Positions 38,817-47,321 of a stretch of DNA of 64,000 bases are shown in pieces. Within the stretch, counting starts at the first letter, position 1. Each line of letters begins with the position of its first letter. The notes under the pieces are model-generated. The model was not told where the DNA came from. It ran no database searches and saw nothing but the letters and a program-made list of their open reading frames with translations. The stretch comes from a candidate division FCPU426 bacterium (GTDB lineage: Bacteria; Oederibacteriota; Muellerivitia; Muellerivitales; Muellerivitaceae): positions 32,001-96,000 of the forward strand of contig CAWKAR010000033.1 in assembly GCA_963847625.1 (NCBI GenBank). The letters are read 5' to 3'. Both the position numbers and the translations under genes were made by a program.

Positions 38817-39647
38817 ATGAAAAAACTGGCTTTGAAACTCTCCATCGTTATCATCACCCGCAACGAGGAAGCCCATATCGGCTCCTGCCTGAAAAGCCTC
38901 GGCTTTTCCCGGAGTTGTTTTAAGAAAATGGAAACCATCGTGGTGGACGCTGAAAGCGAGGACCAGACCCGGGCCATCGCCAAGAAGCTGGGCGCGAAAG
39001 TGTTTGTCCGGCCCTGGAAGGGTTATTCGGACCAGAAGAACTGGGCCATCGCCAAGTGCAAGGGGGATTGGATCCTATCCCTGGACGCGGACGAGGAACT
39101 GACCCCGGAATTGATCCGGGAAATCGAGCGAAAAGTCCCTGAAACGCCGCGGGATGTGGCGGGATATTCCATCAAGCGCAGGGCCTTTTTCCTGGGTAAA
39201 TGGATCAAGCATTGCGGCTGGTGGCCGGACGACCAGCTCCGCCTCATCCGGAGGGGAACAGGCCGTTTCACCGGCGAGCCGGTGCACGAGGGCATGGTCG
39301 TGAATGGCCGCACCCTGATGTTCGACGAGCCCATGAACCATTACACATATGACACCATCAGGCAATACCTGGACAAGATGAACCGTTACTCGGACCTGTC
39401 CCTCCTGGAAATGAAGCAGAAAAAGATAACCTTCTGGTGGTTCTACGTGACGATTGCCCCTCTTCTCACCTTCTTCCGGATGTATGTCTCGCGGCGGGGT
39501 TTCCTGGACGGGTGGCACGGTCTGGCCGTTTGCGGCCTCTCGGCTTGCCACGACTTCGTCAAGTACGCCAAGCTCTGGGAAAAAGAGATTTTAAAACGCG
39601 CCCCGGGTGGGATGGGGTGTGTAAAAACAAAAAAATCGAATGACTGA
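38817..39647 (+). CDS. Glycosyltransferase family 2 (WaaE/KdtX-like)
   Basis: IITRNEE, QKNWA, WILSLDADE, VHE and GFLDG motifs. Confidence 0.92.
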   Translation: MKKLALKLSIVIITRNEEAHIGSCLKSLGFSRSCFKKMETIVVDAESEDQTRAIAKKLGAKVFVRPWKGYSDQKNWAIAKCKGDWILSLDADEELTPELIREIERKVPETPRDVAGYSIKRRAFFLGKWIKHCGWWPDDQLRLIRRGTGRFTGEPVHEGMVVNGRTLMFDEPMNHYTYDTIRQYLDKMNRYSDLSLLEMKQKKITFWWFYVTIAPLLTFFRMYVSRRGFLDGWHGLAVCGLSACHDFVKYAKLWEKEILKRAPGGMGCVKTKKSND

Positions 39648-40830
39648 GACACATTCAGGCCGGATTGAGGTTTTGGATTCCTTGCGCGGCGTGGCGGCCA
39701 TGCAGGTGGTCATCGGGCATTTTTTGGTTATGTTTCCTCTTTTTTATGCGGCTGCCAACTATGTTCCGACACTTCCTTGGGCGGTGAGGTTACTTGCTTA
39801 TACACCGCTTCGTTTCTTTTGGGCAGGACATGAGGCGGTCACCTTTTTTTTCACCTTAAGCGGGTTTGTTTTGGCCCTGCCTTTCATGGACGGGAATCCG
39901 CTCTTCTACCGGTCATTCATGGTTAGAAGGTTTTGCCGGATTTATATCCCTTTTTTCGCGTTAATTTCCCTGTCCCTTGTTTTATATAAGTCGGGTTTTG
40001 GTATGTCGGCTATTCCGGGTGCCAGCTATTGGGCTAACAGCTTTTTTTCCCTGAAAATCACTTGGCGAGAAATACTAAAAATCTATTCCGGCATCGGTGA
40101 TATCAACGCCTATAACTTGGCTCCCACTGTTTGGAGCCTGAACCACGAGATGCGCATCTCAATCGTTTTTCCCCTCCTGGCTTCCATGGTGTTGAAATTG
40201 AATTGGAAAGAAAATGCAGGAATAGGTTTGTTGTTCGCGGTGCTGGGCGGGGCACTGCTTAACGGGAAAATATTATCGGCGGGAAGTTTGAACATGACGA
40301 TTTTTTATGCTTCTTTTTTTATTTGGGGGGCACTTCTGGCTAAACACCGGGTTAGGGTTATAAGCGTCATTGGGAAATACAATGGCGGCATAAAAATCAT
40401 GTTCTTAGTCACCGCTATAATCTTGTATACCTTTTGCTGGTCTATGCCGGCTGCTTTAAGACCGATGTTTTCCCCTGTGGGTTATGAAGTTTTCGGTGAT
40501 TTATCGGTGGGGCTGGCGTCGCTTTATTTCATCGGCGCGGCTTTGAGCTGGAAGTTAAATAAAAAGAATTTTATTCAGGGGAGTTATTTCTGGATTGGGA
40601 GAATTTCCTTTAGTCTTTATTTGATTCATCCGTTGGTTTTATTCGTAAGTGTTTATTTTTTTCACCATTTTCTATCACTAATCATCAGCGACCTCTTGGG
40701 TTTGTCCTTTGCGTTATCTGGGGCTTGGCTTTTTTATCGATGGATTGAGTGCCCTTCCACTCAACTCGGTAAAAAGCTTTCCAAACATTCCATGGTGAAT
40801 ATTATTTTAGGGGAGGATATGCGTGGATGA
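39640..40830 (+). CDS. Acyltransferase family 3 (OafA-like)
   Basis: LDSLRGVAA..H, FFTLSGFVL, RRFCRIY, WSLNHE, GRISFSLYLIH and IECP. Confidence 0.92.
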   Translation: MTETHSGRIEVLDSLRGVAAMQVVIGHFLVMFPLFYAAANYVPTLPWAVRLLAYTPLRFFWAGHEAVTFFFTLSGFVLALPFMDGNPLFYRSFMVRRFCRIYIPFFALISLSLVLYKSGFGMSAIPGASYWANSFFSLKITWREILKIYSGIGDINAYNLAPTVWSLNHEMRISIVFPLLASMVLKLNWKENAGIGLLFAVLGGALLNGKILSAGSLNMTIFYASFFIWGALLAKHRVRVISVIGKYNGGIKIMFLVTAIILYTFCWSMPAALRPMFSPVGYEVFGDLSVGLASLYFIGAALSWKLNKKNFIQGSYFWIGRISFSLYLIHPLVLFVSVYFFHHFLSLIISDLLGLSFALSGAWLFYRWIECPSTQLGKKLSKHSMVNIILGEDMRG

Positions 40831-41134
40831 AGTGGCCCAAATCGACGTGGCCCAGGCGAAGGAATTGCAGGCCTCCGGCGCGGTATTCGTGGATATCCGG
40901 GACCCGGCTTCCTTCGAGGCGGCGCATATCCCAGGCGCCCTGCATTTGACCGACGCCAACATCCGGGATTTCGTCCAAAAATCCGATAAAACCAAACCCG
41001 TGGTGGTTTATTGCTACCACGGCAATAACAGCCAGGGAGGCGCCGCTTACCTGATGGACCAGGAGTTCCAGAAGGTTTACAGCCTCATCGGGGGTTTCGA
41101 ACGCTGGCGCCAGACGGAGAAAATAGAGAGTTGA
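40823..41134 (+). CDS. glpE: Thiosulfate sulfurtransferase (single rhodanese domain)
   Basis: VDIRD..SF..HIPGA, active loop CYHGNNSQ, YSLIGGF..W. Confidence 0.88.
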   Translation: MDEVAQIDVAQAKELQASGAVFVDIRDPASFEAAHIPGALHLTDANIRDFVQKSDKTKPVVVYCYHGNNSQGGAAYLMDQEFQKVYSLIGGFERWRQTEKIES

Positions 41135-41136
41135 TC

Positions 41137-41703
41137 ATGGCCCCCCATTACTGGTTGATGAAGGCTGAACAGGACGTCTATCCCGTCGAGCAATGGAAGA
41201 AGGACAAGGTCACTTTCTGGGACGGGGTGCGCAACTACACCGCCCGGAACTTCATGCGCGACCGGATGAAAAAGGGCGATGGGATGCTCTTTTACCGGCT
41301 GCCAAGGCTCTGAGCTTGCCCGGGGGCCTAGCCGTGTACTTGGGCGGGGTTCCATGCCCCGCCCAAGTGGCGACCCGAAGGGTCGTCCCTTGACTATTCC
41401 GGTGGGAAACCCAGCGGTATCGCGGGGGTGGGCGAAATCGTGAAGGAAGGCTACCCCGGCCATACGGCCTTCGATCCCAAAGACATTCATTTCGATGAGA
41501 AGAGCGATCCAGAAAAACCCACCTGGTACATGATGGATGTAAGGTTCGTGAAGGCCTGCAAGCAGGTCATCCTGCTGGATTTCCTCAAGAAGATACCCGA
41601 ATTGAAAAACATGGTGCTTTTCAGGAATTCCCGCCTATCGGTCCAGCCCGTGACCAAAGCGGAGTGGGATGTTATCTGCCGGTTGTTAGATTCCCAACGG
41701 TAG
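41137..41703 (+). pseudogene. EVE domain gene interrupted by a 99-nt in-frame insertion
   Basis: YWLMK.E, WDGVRNYTARN and GD..LFY before the insert; GIAG, TAFDP, W.M.DV and SRLSVQPV after it; both halves are in one frame with two stops inside the insert. Confidence 0.85.
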
Positions 41704-41850
41704 GTGCCGGGTTTCTGCCGGTCGAGACGTCAACCCAGTTCCCGGAACCCAGTAAACCAAATTGGCAGGAGACCGGTTTTCCTGCTGCGTAACGGTGTTT
41801 TCCGATTTGGCACAATCGCTTTGAAGTGGCACAATCCCCGAAAAGTGGCC

Positions 41851-41915
41851 TCTGCCGACAAGGGAGGATAAACTGCCCACATTCCCGGGAACATCTGCCG
41901 GAAGGGAGGATAAAC
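41851..41915 (-). repeat. About 1.5 copies of the 43-bp unit of the 9565-10127 array, inverted
   Basis: GGGAGGATAAACTGCCCACATTCCCGGGAACATCTGCCGG is the reverse complement of the array consensus. Confidence 0.92.
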
Positions 41916-41922
41916 CGTCGGT

Positions 41923-42020
41923 ACCTACTGGCAGAACCCGCTGAACCTACTGGCAGGTCTGGTGAACCTACTGGCAGAACCGGCGGAACCTACTGGCAGG
42001 TCCGGGGAACCTACTGGTAG
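41923..42020. repeat. Five direct repeats of ACCTACTGG(C/T)AG spaced 22/21/22/21 bp
   Basis: Copies start at 41923, 41945, 41966, 41988 and 42009. Confidence 0.92.
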
Positions 42021-42116
42021 AAAGCCGGTTTCCCGGTGGTATTGAGGGACAGCCTCGAAGTGGTTCGACAGGCTCACCACAGGCTTTGTCGAGGGGTTTA
42101 CCTAGTGGCATAAGCT

Positions 42117-43133
42117 GTGGACCTTGTTAAAATAACCAACCTTATGACCAGTCCAACCCGTTGGTCCCTTATCTCGATCCTCCTGGCTTCGGCCTTTTCC
42201 CCATCCTGGGCCGATTCCCCTTTCCTTCAATTGAAACAGGACATTCCCCTAACCGGAGGGGTTTCCCGTTTCGATCAACAGGCGTTCGACCCCCAAACCG
42301 GGATGCTATATATTGCCCATGCGGGTGCGGGCCAGATTATTCTTTTCAACACCCGGAAAAACACGGTTTTTACGACTCTTCCTAACTTTCCGGAAGTCAC
42401 GGGACTCCTGGTGGTTCCGGAACTCCACCGCCTCTACGCCAGCGTTGCCCAACGACACCAGGTAGCCGTGATCGACCTCCAAAGCTTGAAAGTGCTCGCC
42501 AAGGTCCCGGCGGGCCATCTTCCCGACGGCATGGCCTATGTTCCCGAGCTCCACCAACTTTTCGTTTCCGATGAGTTGGGGGGGGAAGTCACCGTCATCG
42601 ATGTCTTGAAGAACAAGCGCGTCGATTCCATTAAATTGGGCGGACAGGCGGGGAACACCCGCTATGACTCGAGTTCGCGCCTCATTTTCACACCGGTCCA
42701 GACCAAGAATGAACTGGACGCCATCGATCCACAGACCCGGAAAATCATCGCGCGCTATCCCATCTACAGCGGCAAACATCCCCATGGGCTGTGGATTGAT
42801 ACCAATTCCCATTTGGCGTTTCTGGGCTGTGACAAGGACAGCAAGCTGGTGGTTTTTGACCTTCAAAGCCGCCTGGAGACCGCCGTCTCCGACGTTGGTA
42901 AGGACCCCGACGTCCTGACTTTTGATTCCCAACAGGGGTACCTCTATGTGGCCTCTGAGGCGGGAAAGGCCTCGGTTTTCCGTGTCCGGGACCGGAAGAT
43001 CAAGAAGGTCGGTGATTTCGAAGTGGGGAACAAGGCCCATACCGTCGAAGTGAACCCCCAGACGCACGAACTTTATTTCCCTTTGACGGTGGATAAAAAG
43101 CCGGTTCTGCGCGTCATGAAGCCCAATTTATAG
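42117..43133 (+). CDS. YncE-like secreted beta-propeller protein
   Basis: Signal peptide; repeated blades such as FD..AFD..LYIAH, PDGMAY and PHGL; the start may be the ATG at 42144. Confidence 0.85.
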   Translation: MDLVKITNLMTSPTRWSLISILLASAFSPSWADSPFLQLKQDIPLTGGVSRFDQQAFDPQTGMLYIAHAGAGQIILFNTRKNTVFTTLPNFPEVTGLLVVPELHRLYASVAQRHQVAVIDLQSLKVLAKVPAGHLPDGMAYVPELHQLFVSDELGGEVTVIDVLKNKRVDSIKLGGQAGNTRYDSSSRLIFTPVQTKNELDAIDPQTRKIIARYPIYSGKHPHGLWIDTNSHLAFLGCDKDSKLVVFDLQSRLETAVSDVGKDPDVLTFDSQQGYLYVASEAGKASVFRVRDRKIKKVGDFEVGNKAHTVEVNPQTHELYFPLTVDKKPVLRVMKPNL

Positions 43134-43145
43134 GAACTTATTGGC

Positions 43146-43988
43146 TCAAACCGGGAAGAGGCTGTCGTAGGAACGGATTTTGGCGATGACCTCGTCGATG
43201 AGGTAGTCGGGGGTGGATGCCCCCGCGGTGATTCCTGCTTTTAACTTCCCCTGAAACCATTTCGAATCCAGTTCCTGGGCCGTCTCGATGTGGTAAGTCG
43301 CGTTGGGAAGGAAGGCCTGGCAAGTGTCGGCCAGTTTGTGGGTGTTGGAAGAATTGCGGCCCCCGATGACGATCATAATTTCCACCTGCTTGGAAAGGGC
43401 CGCGGCGGCGGTTTGGCGGTCCTTGGTGGGCTTGCAGATGGTATCCACTGCCACGACCTCGGCGCAGCGTTCCTTGAGCTTTTCGACGAATTTCGCGAAT
43501 TTTTCCATCAATAAGGTGCTTTGAGTGATGACCCCGACCCGGGAACCTTCCGGGACTTTAACGATATCCGCCTCCTCGTAAATGATGATGGCGTCCTTCA
43601 TGCGGCTGGCGATGCCCTTGACTTCTACGTGCTTAGGATCGCCGATGATGACGATCCTAAGGCCTTTCTCCTGGAGCTTGTGGCCCTCGTTGTAAATGCG
43701 CGTCACCAGGGGGCAAGTGGTGTCGATGATATCCAAGCCCCTTTCCTTGATCTTGCCCAGGACGTTGATATCCAGGCCGTGCGCGGTGATGACTACGCGG
43801 TTGTCCTGAACATCGTCCAGCGAGGTCACGATCTTCTTATTGAGCGCGGCCAAACGGGCCACTTCCTGGGGGTTGTGGATCAGGGAACCGAAAATGAAGG
43901 CCTTGTCCATGGACTCGGCCTTTTCGATGGCGCGTTTCACCCCGAAACAGAAACCGGCGGCGTTGGCGACCAGGATTTCACGGTTCAT
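43146..43988 (-). CDS. ispH: 4-hydroxy-3-methylbut-2-enyl diphosphate reductase
   Basis: AGFCFGVKRA, IHN, AHG, DTTCPLV, HVEV, TIC..T..RQ, SSNT and AGASTP motifs. Confidence 0.96.
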   Translation of the reverse strand: MNREILVANAAGFCFGVKRAIEKAESMDKAFIFGSLIHNPQEVARLAALNKKIVTSLDDVQDNRVVITAHGLDINVLGKIKERGLDIIDTTCPLVTRIYNEGHKLQEKGLRIVIIGDPKHVEVKGIASRMKDAIIIYEEADIVKVPEGSRVGVITQSTLLMEKFAKFVEKLKERCAEVVAVDTICKPTKDRQTAAAALSKQVEIMIVIGGRNSSNTHKLADTCQAFLPNATYHIETAQELDSKWFQGKLKAGITAGASTPDYLIDEVIAKIRSYDSLFPV

Positions 43989-44123
43989 TACGACCCCAAA
44001 GCCGCTGTCAGCCATTAGTGGAGGGCTGCCAGCTGGATTTTGACTGCAAGTCCTTCAAAGGACGTTGATTATATATAATGCTTCCGGTGAAATAAAACCC
44101 AGACCCCCCCAAAGGAATAATCA

Positions 44124-47100
44124 GTGCGTTTTTCCCTCTATTTAGGCCCCTACCAGCCGTTCCTGGAGGAAGAACTCTTCGCCCGCGTCCGGGATCTTCG
44201 CTCTTCCGACCCCTTTTCACCCCTGGTGGTTTTGGTCCCAAACCGGCTTCTGGTGCGGCATTTGCGGGAGACCTTAGCCCGAAAGCACCAATGGGTCTTC
44301 AACATCCGTTTCCTCACCTTCCACCAATACCTCCTGGAGCGGATGGAGGATAAGTGGATGGTGGAAGGTTTCCGCGTGCTGCCCGAAGCCCTGGTGCCAT
44401 GGGTCTTGAAGGAAAGGTCCAGGGCATCGCGGAAAACCGAGGGCCCTTTCGCGGCCGTGGAAAAGACTCCCGGGTTTTACAAGGCTCTCCGGACCACCCT
44501 TTCGGAACTCCAGCAGGGTTTTTTCAATCCCTTGTCCCTGAAGGAATCGGCGAAAAGGCTGTCGAGAGCCAAGGACCGCCAGCGCCTGTCGGCGAAGTTG
44601 AAGGAATTCTCCCTGTTGTTGGAATCCTACGAAACCTGGAAAAAGAAGGAAAAATGGAAGGATCTGGACGACCTCTACGTTGAAGCCTTGGATTTACCTC
44701 CCGCCCCGACACCCCTTTGGATTTACGGTTTTTACGATGCTTCTGTTCTCCAGCAAAAAGCGCTGAGGCACCTTTGTTCAGCCCAGGAAAGCAATTGGTT
44801 TATCCCCTACGAGGACCAGCCCGCTTTCGAGTACGCTAAGCCATTCCTGGAATGGGCCCAAGGGTTGGGGGAAGTAAAAAAGTTTGGAAATTGGAAAGGG
44901 GATAATGCGACACCGTTAAAAAGACTTCAGAAGAATATATTTGTTACTGAGGTTGCCACGCCGCAAACTTCGTCCTATCCGGACGAAGCTCCTCGCAATG
45001 ACAACAGCTTTGAAAATTCGGATGTCAAAGTCCTTCTTTGCCCGGGCGAACCGCGTGAAATCCGGGAAGGAATCCGGACCCTGGTGTCTGAGGCGGAAAA
45101 ACATGAAATCCCCTTTTCCCGCTGCGCGGTGGTATTCAGGCAGATGGAAAGCTATCGGCGGATGGTGGGCCCGTCTTTCTCGGCCCAGGGTGTGCCCCTT
45201 TCCAAGGAACCCACGGTTTTCCTCGTGGAAACCCCCGAAGGAAAGGCCGTGCTTCTTCTGCTCCAATGCTTCCAACAGGAATTTCCCCGCGATCTTTTAT
45301 TCAACTTCCTATCCAGTCCTAACCTCAAGCCGGAGGGTTTCGAGCTGGGTCCGGACGGCTGGAATCCCCATTTGTGGGACAGGGTTTCCAAGGAAGCGGG
45401 GGTGGTGGAAGGGGAAAATGTCTGGCTGGACCATATCGACAGCTATCTTTACCGCCGGTCCCGTATTTCCGTGCCCGAGGAAGAGGAAATCTCAAAGGAA
45501 GAGGCGGAATCCCTCAAGGATTTCAAAAAGATCCTGAAAATACTGTTCACAGCCCGCAAAAAATTCGAAAAGGAAAAAACTTGGGAAGGAAAATCCACGG
45601 TTCTCTTGTCCCAAGTGACGAGGCTTTTCCGGCTTTCGCGGGCCCAGGAACAATTGGAAGCAACCTTGAAGGGGATTCAAGCCTTGTCGCGCCTCTCCCT
45701 GACCGTGACCCGGGAGGATTTCACCTCGATTCTCCCGGAATTGCTGGCGGAACAAAAGGTTCCCGGGGAAAAATACGAGCCGGGTGGAGTGGAGGTTGCG
45801 GACCTGATGCAGGCCCGGGGCGTGTCTTTCGACGTGCTGGTTTTACCGGGGTTGGTGGAACAGGGTTTTCCCCGGGTGGCCCGCCAGGACCCGCTTCTTT
45901 TGGACGAGGAAAGGCGGATTCTCAATGGCTTGATGGAATCCACCGCCCGGATTCCAGAAAAAGCAGAGGGCAGACTGGAGGAAAAGCTCCTTTTCGCCCT
46001 GGCGGTCCGAAGCGCCCAAAAAACACTCGTGATCACCGTGCCCCATCTCGATCCTTCCACCGGGGGGCCGCGCATCCCTTCCCTTTATCTGTATGAGGCG
46101 GCCCAGGCCGTCACCGGAAAAAGGCAAATCCATTTGACCGAGGCGGGAACCTTTGTGAAAAAAATCCCTGTGTCCGGTTGGATCCGGGAAAAGTGGAGCC
46201 AGTGCGCGGATGATCTGGAGCAGTTATTAAGCCGGTTCCAACTGGCCCGGAGGGGGGATCCTCTACCGGCCCTGGCCTACGTCTCGGAAAAGCCCTTTTA
46301 CTTTAAGGCCCAAGAACTCCTCAAAAGCCGCCAGATGATACGTACCTTTACCCCATACGACGGCCTTTTCCAGGATCCCCGGGCTCTGGACGAACTTCAA
46401 AAAAGCCATTCCCTCCAGGACAAAACCGTATCAGCCTCCCGTTTGGAAACCTTTGCCGCCTGTCCCATCCGATATTTCTTCAAGTATGTCTTAAGACTCA
46501 AAATCCATCCCGAGCCCGAAAGAATTTTCCAGTTGGAGGCCTCCGAAAAGGGGACCCTGATGCACGGCATATTGGAGGTCACCCTCACGCGGGGAATGAA
46601 GGAAGGCTGGTTCGACAAACGCGAGACCGAAAAGGGACTCAAGGTTCTAAGGGAGGAAACCCAAAAGGCCTTCGACCATTTCGAGAAGGAAGGCGTGCCG
46701 GGATCCCCCGCCCTTTGGGCCTGGAACCGCTTTTCCATGGCCCGGGACCTGGAAAAGGCTTTCCAGGGCGTGATGGAAGACCGGGATTGGGTCCCCAAGG
46801 ATTTTGAAAAGGGATTCGGTAAGAAGGACCAGGCCGAAGTTTTGTTCCCCACTTCCAAAGGGAATTTCCGGCTGGAAGGCTGGATGGACCGCGTGGATAT
46901 TTCCTCCGACGGTAAGAGGTTGAGGGTCCTGGACTATAAAACCGGGAGCAGTACCTCGTTCAAGAAAGACGGTGTGCGAGAAGGCACGAAACTCCAAATG
47001 CCCCTCTATCTCTGGGCCTGCCGGAAACTTTATCCGGGAGTCGTCCCCGAAACGGCGGTCTTTGACTTTCTCACGTCCAAGGGGGGCTATCGGCGGGTTT

Positions 47101-47321
47101 CCTACGACGCTACCGACTGGAAAAAGGTAGAAGTACCCCTGGGAGTTGTCCTAGAAGCGGCGTCGGAGGCGGTTTCCCGTGGGCTTTTCCCGGCCGTGGC
47201 GAAGGCCTGCGACCAATGCGATTACCAGGCCCTTTGCGGGACGGGGCGGGAACGGCGGGCCGAGAGGAAGAAAGACGACGCCCGGGTAAAGGGCTATTAC
47301 TGTCTGGAGGAACTTCCGTGA
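44124..47321 (+). CDS. addB: AddB-like inactive helicase with PD-(D/E)XK nuclease domain
   Basis: VLVPN, ARGVSFD..PGLVE..FP, SASRLETFAACP, DRVD, LDYKTG, Q..LY and CDQCDYQALC (Fe-S cysteines). Confidence 0.85.
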   Translation: MRFSLYLGPYQPFLEEELFARVRDLRSSDPFSPLVVLVPNRLLVRHLRETLARKHQWVFNIRFLTFHQYLLERMEDKWMVEGFRVLPEALVPWVLKERSRASRKTEGPFAAVEKTPGFYKALRTTLSELQQGFFNPLSLKESAKRLSRAKDRQRLSAKLKEFSLLLESYETWKKKEKWKDLDDLYVEALDLPPAPTPLWIYGFYDASVLQQKALRHLCSAQESNWFIPYEDQPAFEYAKPFLEWAQGLGEVKKFGNWKGDNATPLKRLQKNIFVTEVATPQTSSYPDEAPRNDNSFENSDVKVLLCPGEPREIREGIRTLVSEAEKHEIPFSRCAVVFRQMESYRRMVGPSFSAQGVPLSKEPTVFLVETPEGKAVLLLLQCFQQEFPRDLLFNFLSSPNLKPEGFELGPDGWNPHLWDRVSKEAGVVEGENVWLDHIDSYLYRRSRISVPEEEEISKEEAESLKDFKKILKILFTARKKFEKEKTWEGKSTVLLSQVTRLFRLSRAQEQLEATLKGIQALSRLSLTVTREDFTSILPELLAEQKVPGEKYEPGGVEVADLMQARGVSFDVLVLPGLVEQGFPRVARQDPLLLDEERRILNGLMESTARIPEKAEGRLEEKLLFALAVRSAQKTLVITVPHLDPSTGGPRIPSLYLYEAAQAVTGKRQIHLTEAGTFVKKIPVSGWIREKWSQCADDLEQLLSRFQLARRGDPLPALAYVSEKPFYFKAQELLKSRQMIRTFTPYDGLFQDPRALDELQKSHSLQDKTVSASRLETFAACPIRYFFKYVLRLKIHPEPERIFQLEASEKGTLMHGILEVTLTRGMKEGWFDKRETEKGLKVLREETQKAFDHFEKEGVPGSPALWAWNRFSMARDLEKAFQGVMEDRDWVPKDFEKGFGKKDQAEVLFPTSKGNFRLEGWMDRVDISSDGKRLRVLDYKTGSSTSFKKDGVREGTKLQMPLYLWACRKLYPGVVPETAVFDFLTSKGGYRRVSYDATDWKKVEVPLGVVLEAASEAVSRGLFPAVAKACDQCDYQALCGTGRERRAERKKDDARVKGYYCLEELP

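Noticed and set aside
46420..47321. Cas4 nuclease
   Set aside because: The Fe-S PD-(D/E)XK domain is the C-terminus of an AddB-like protein coupled to an AddA-like helicase.
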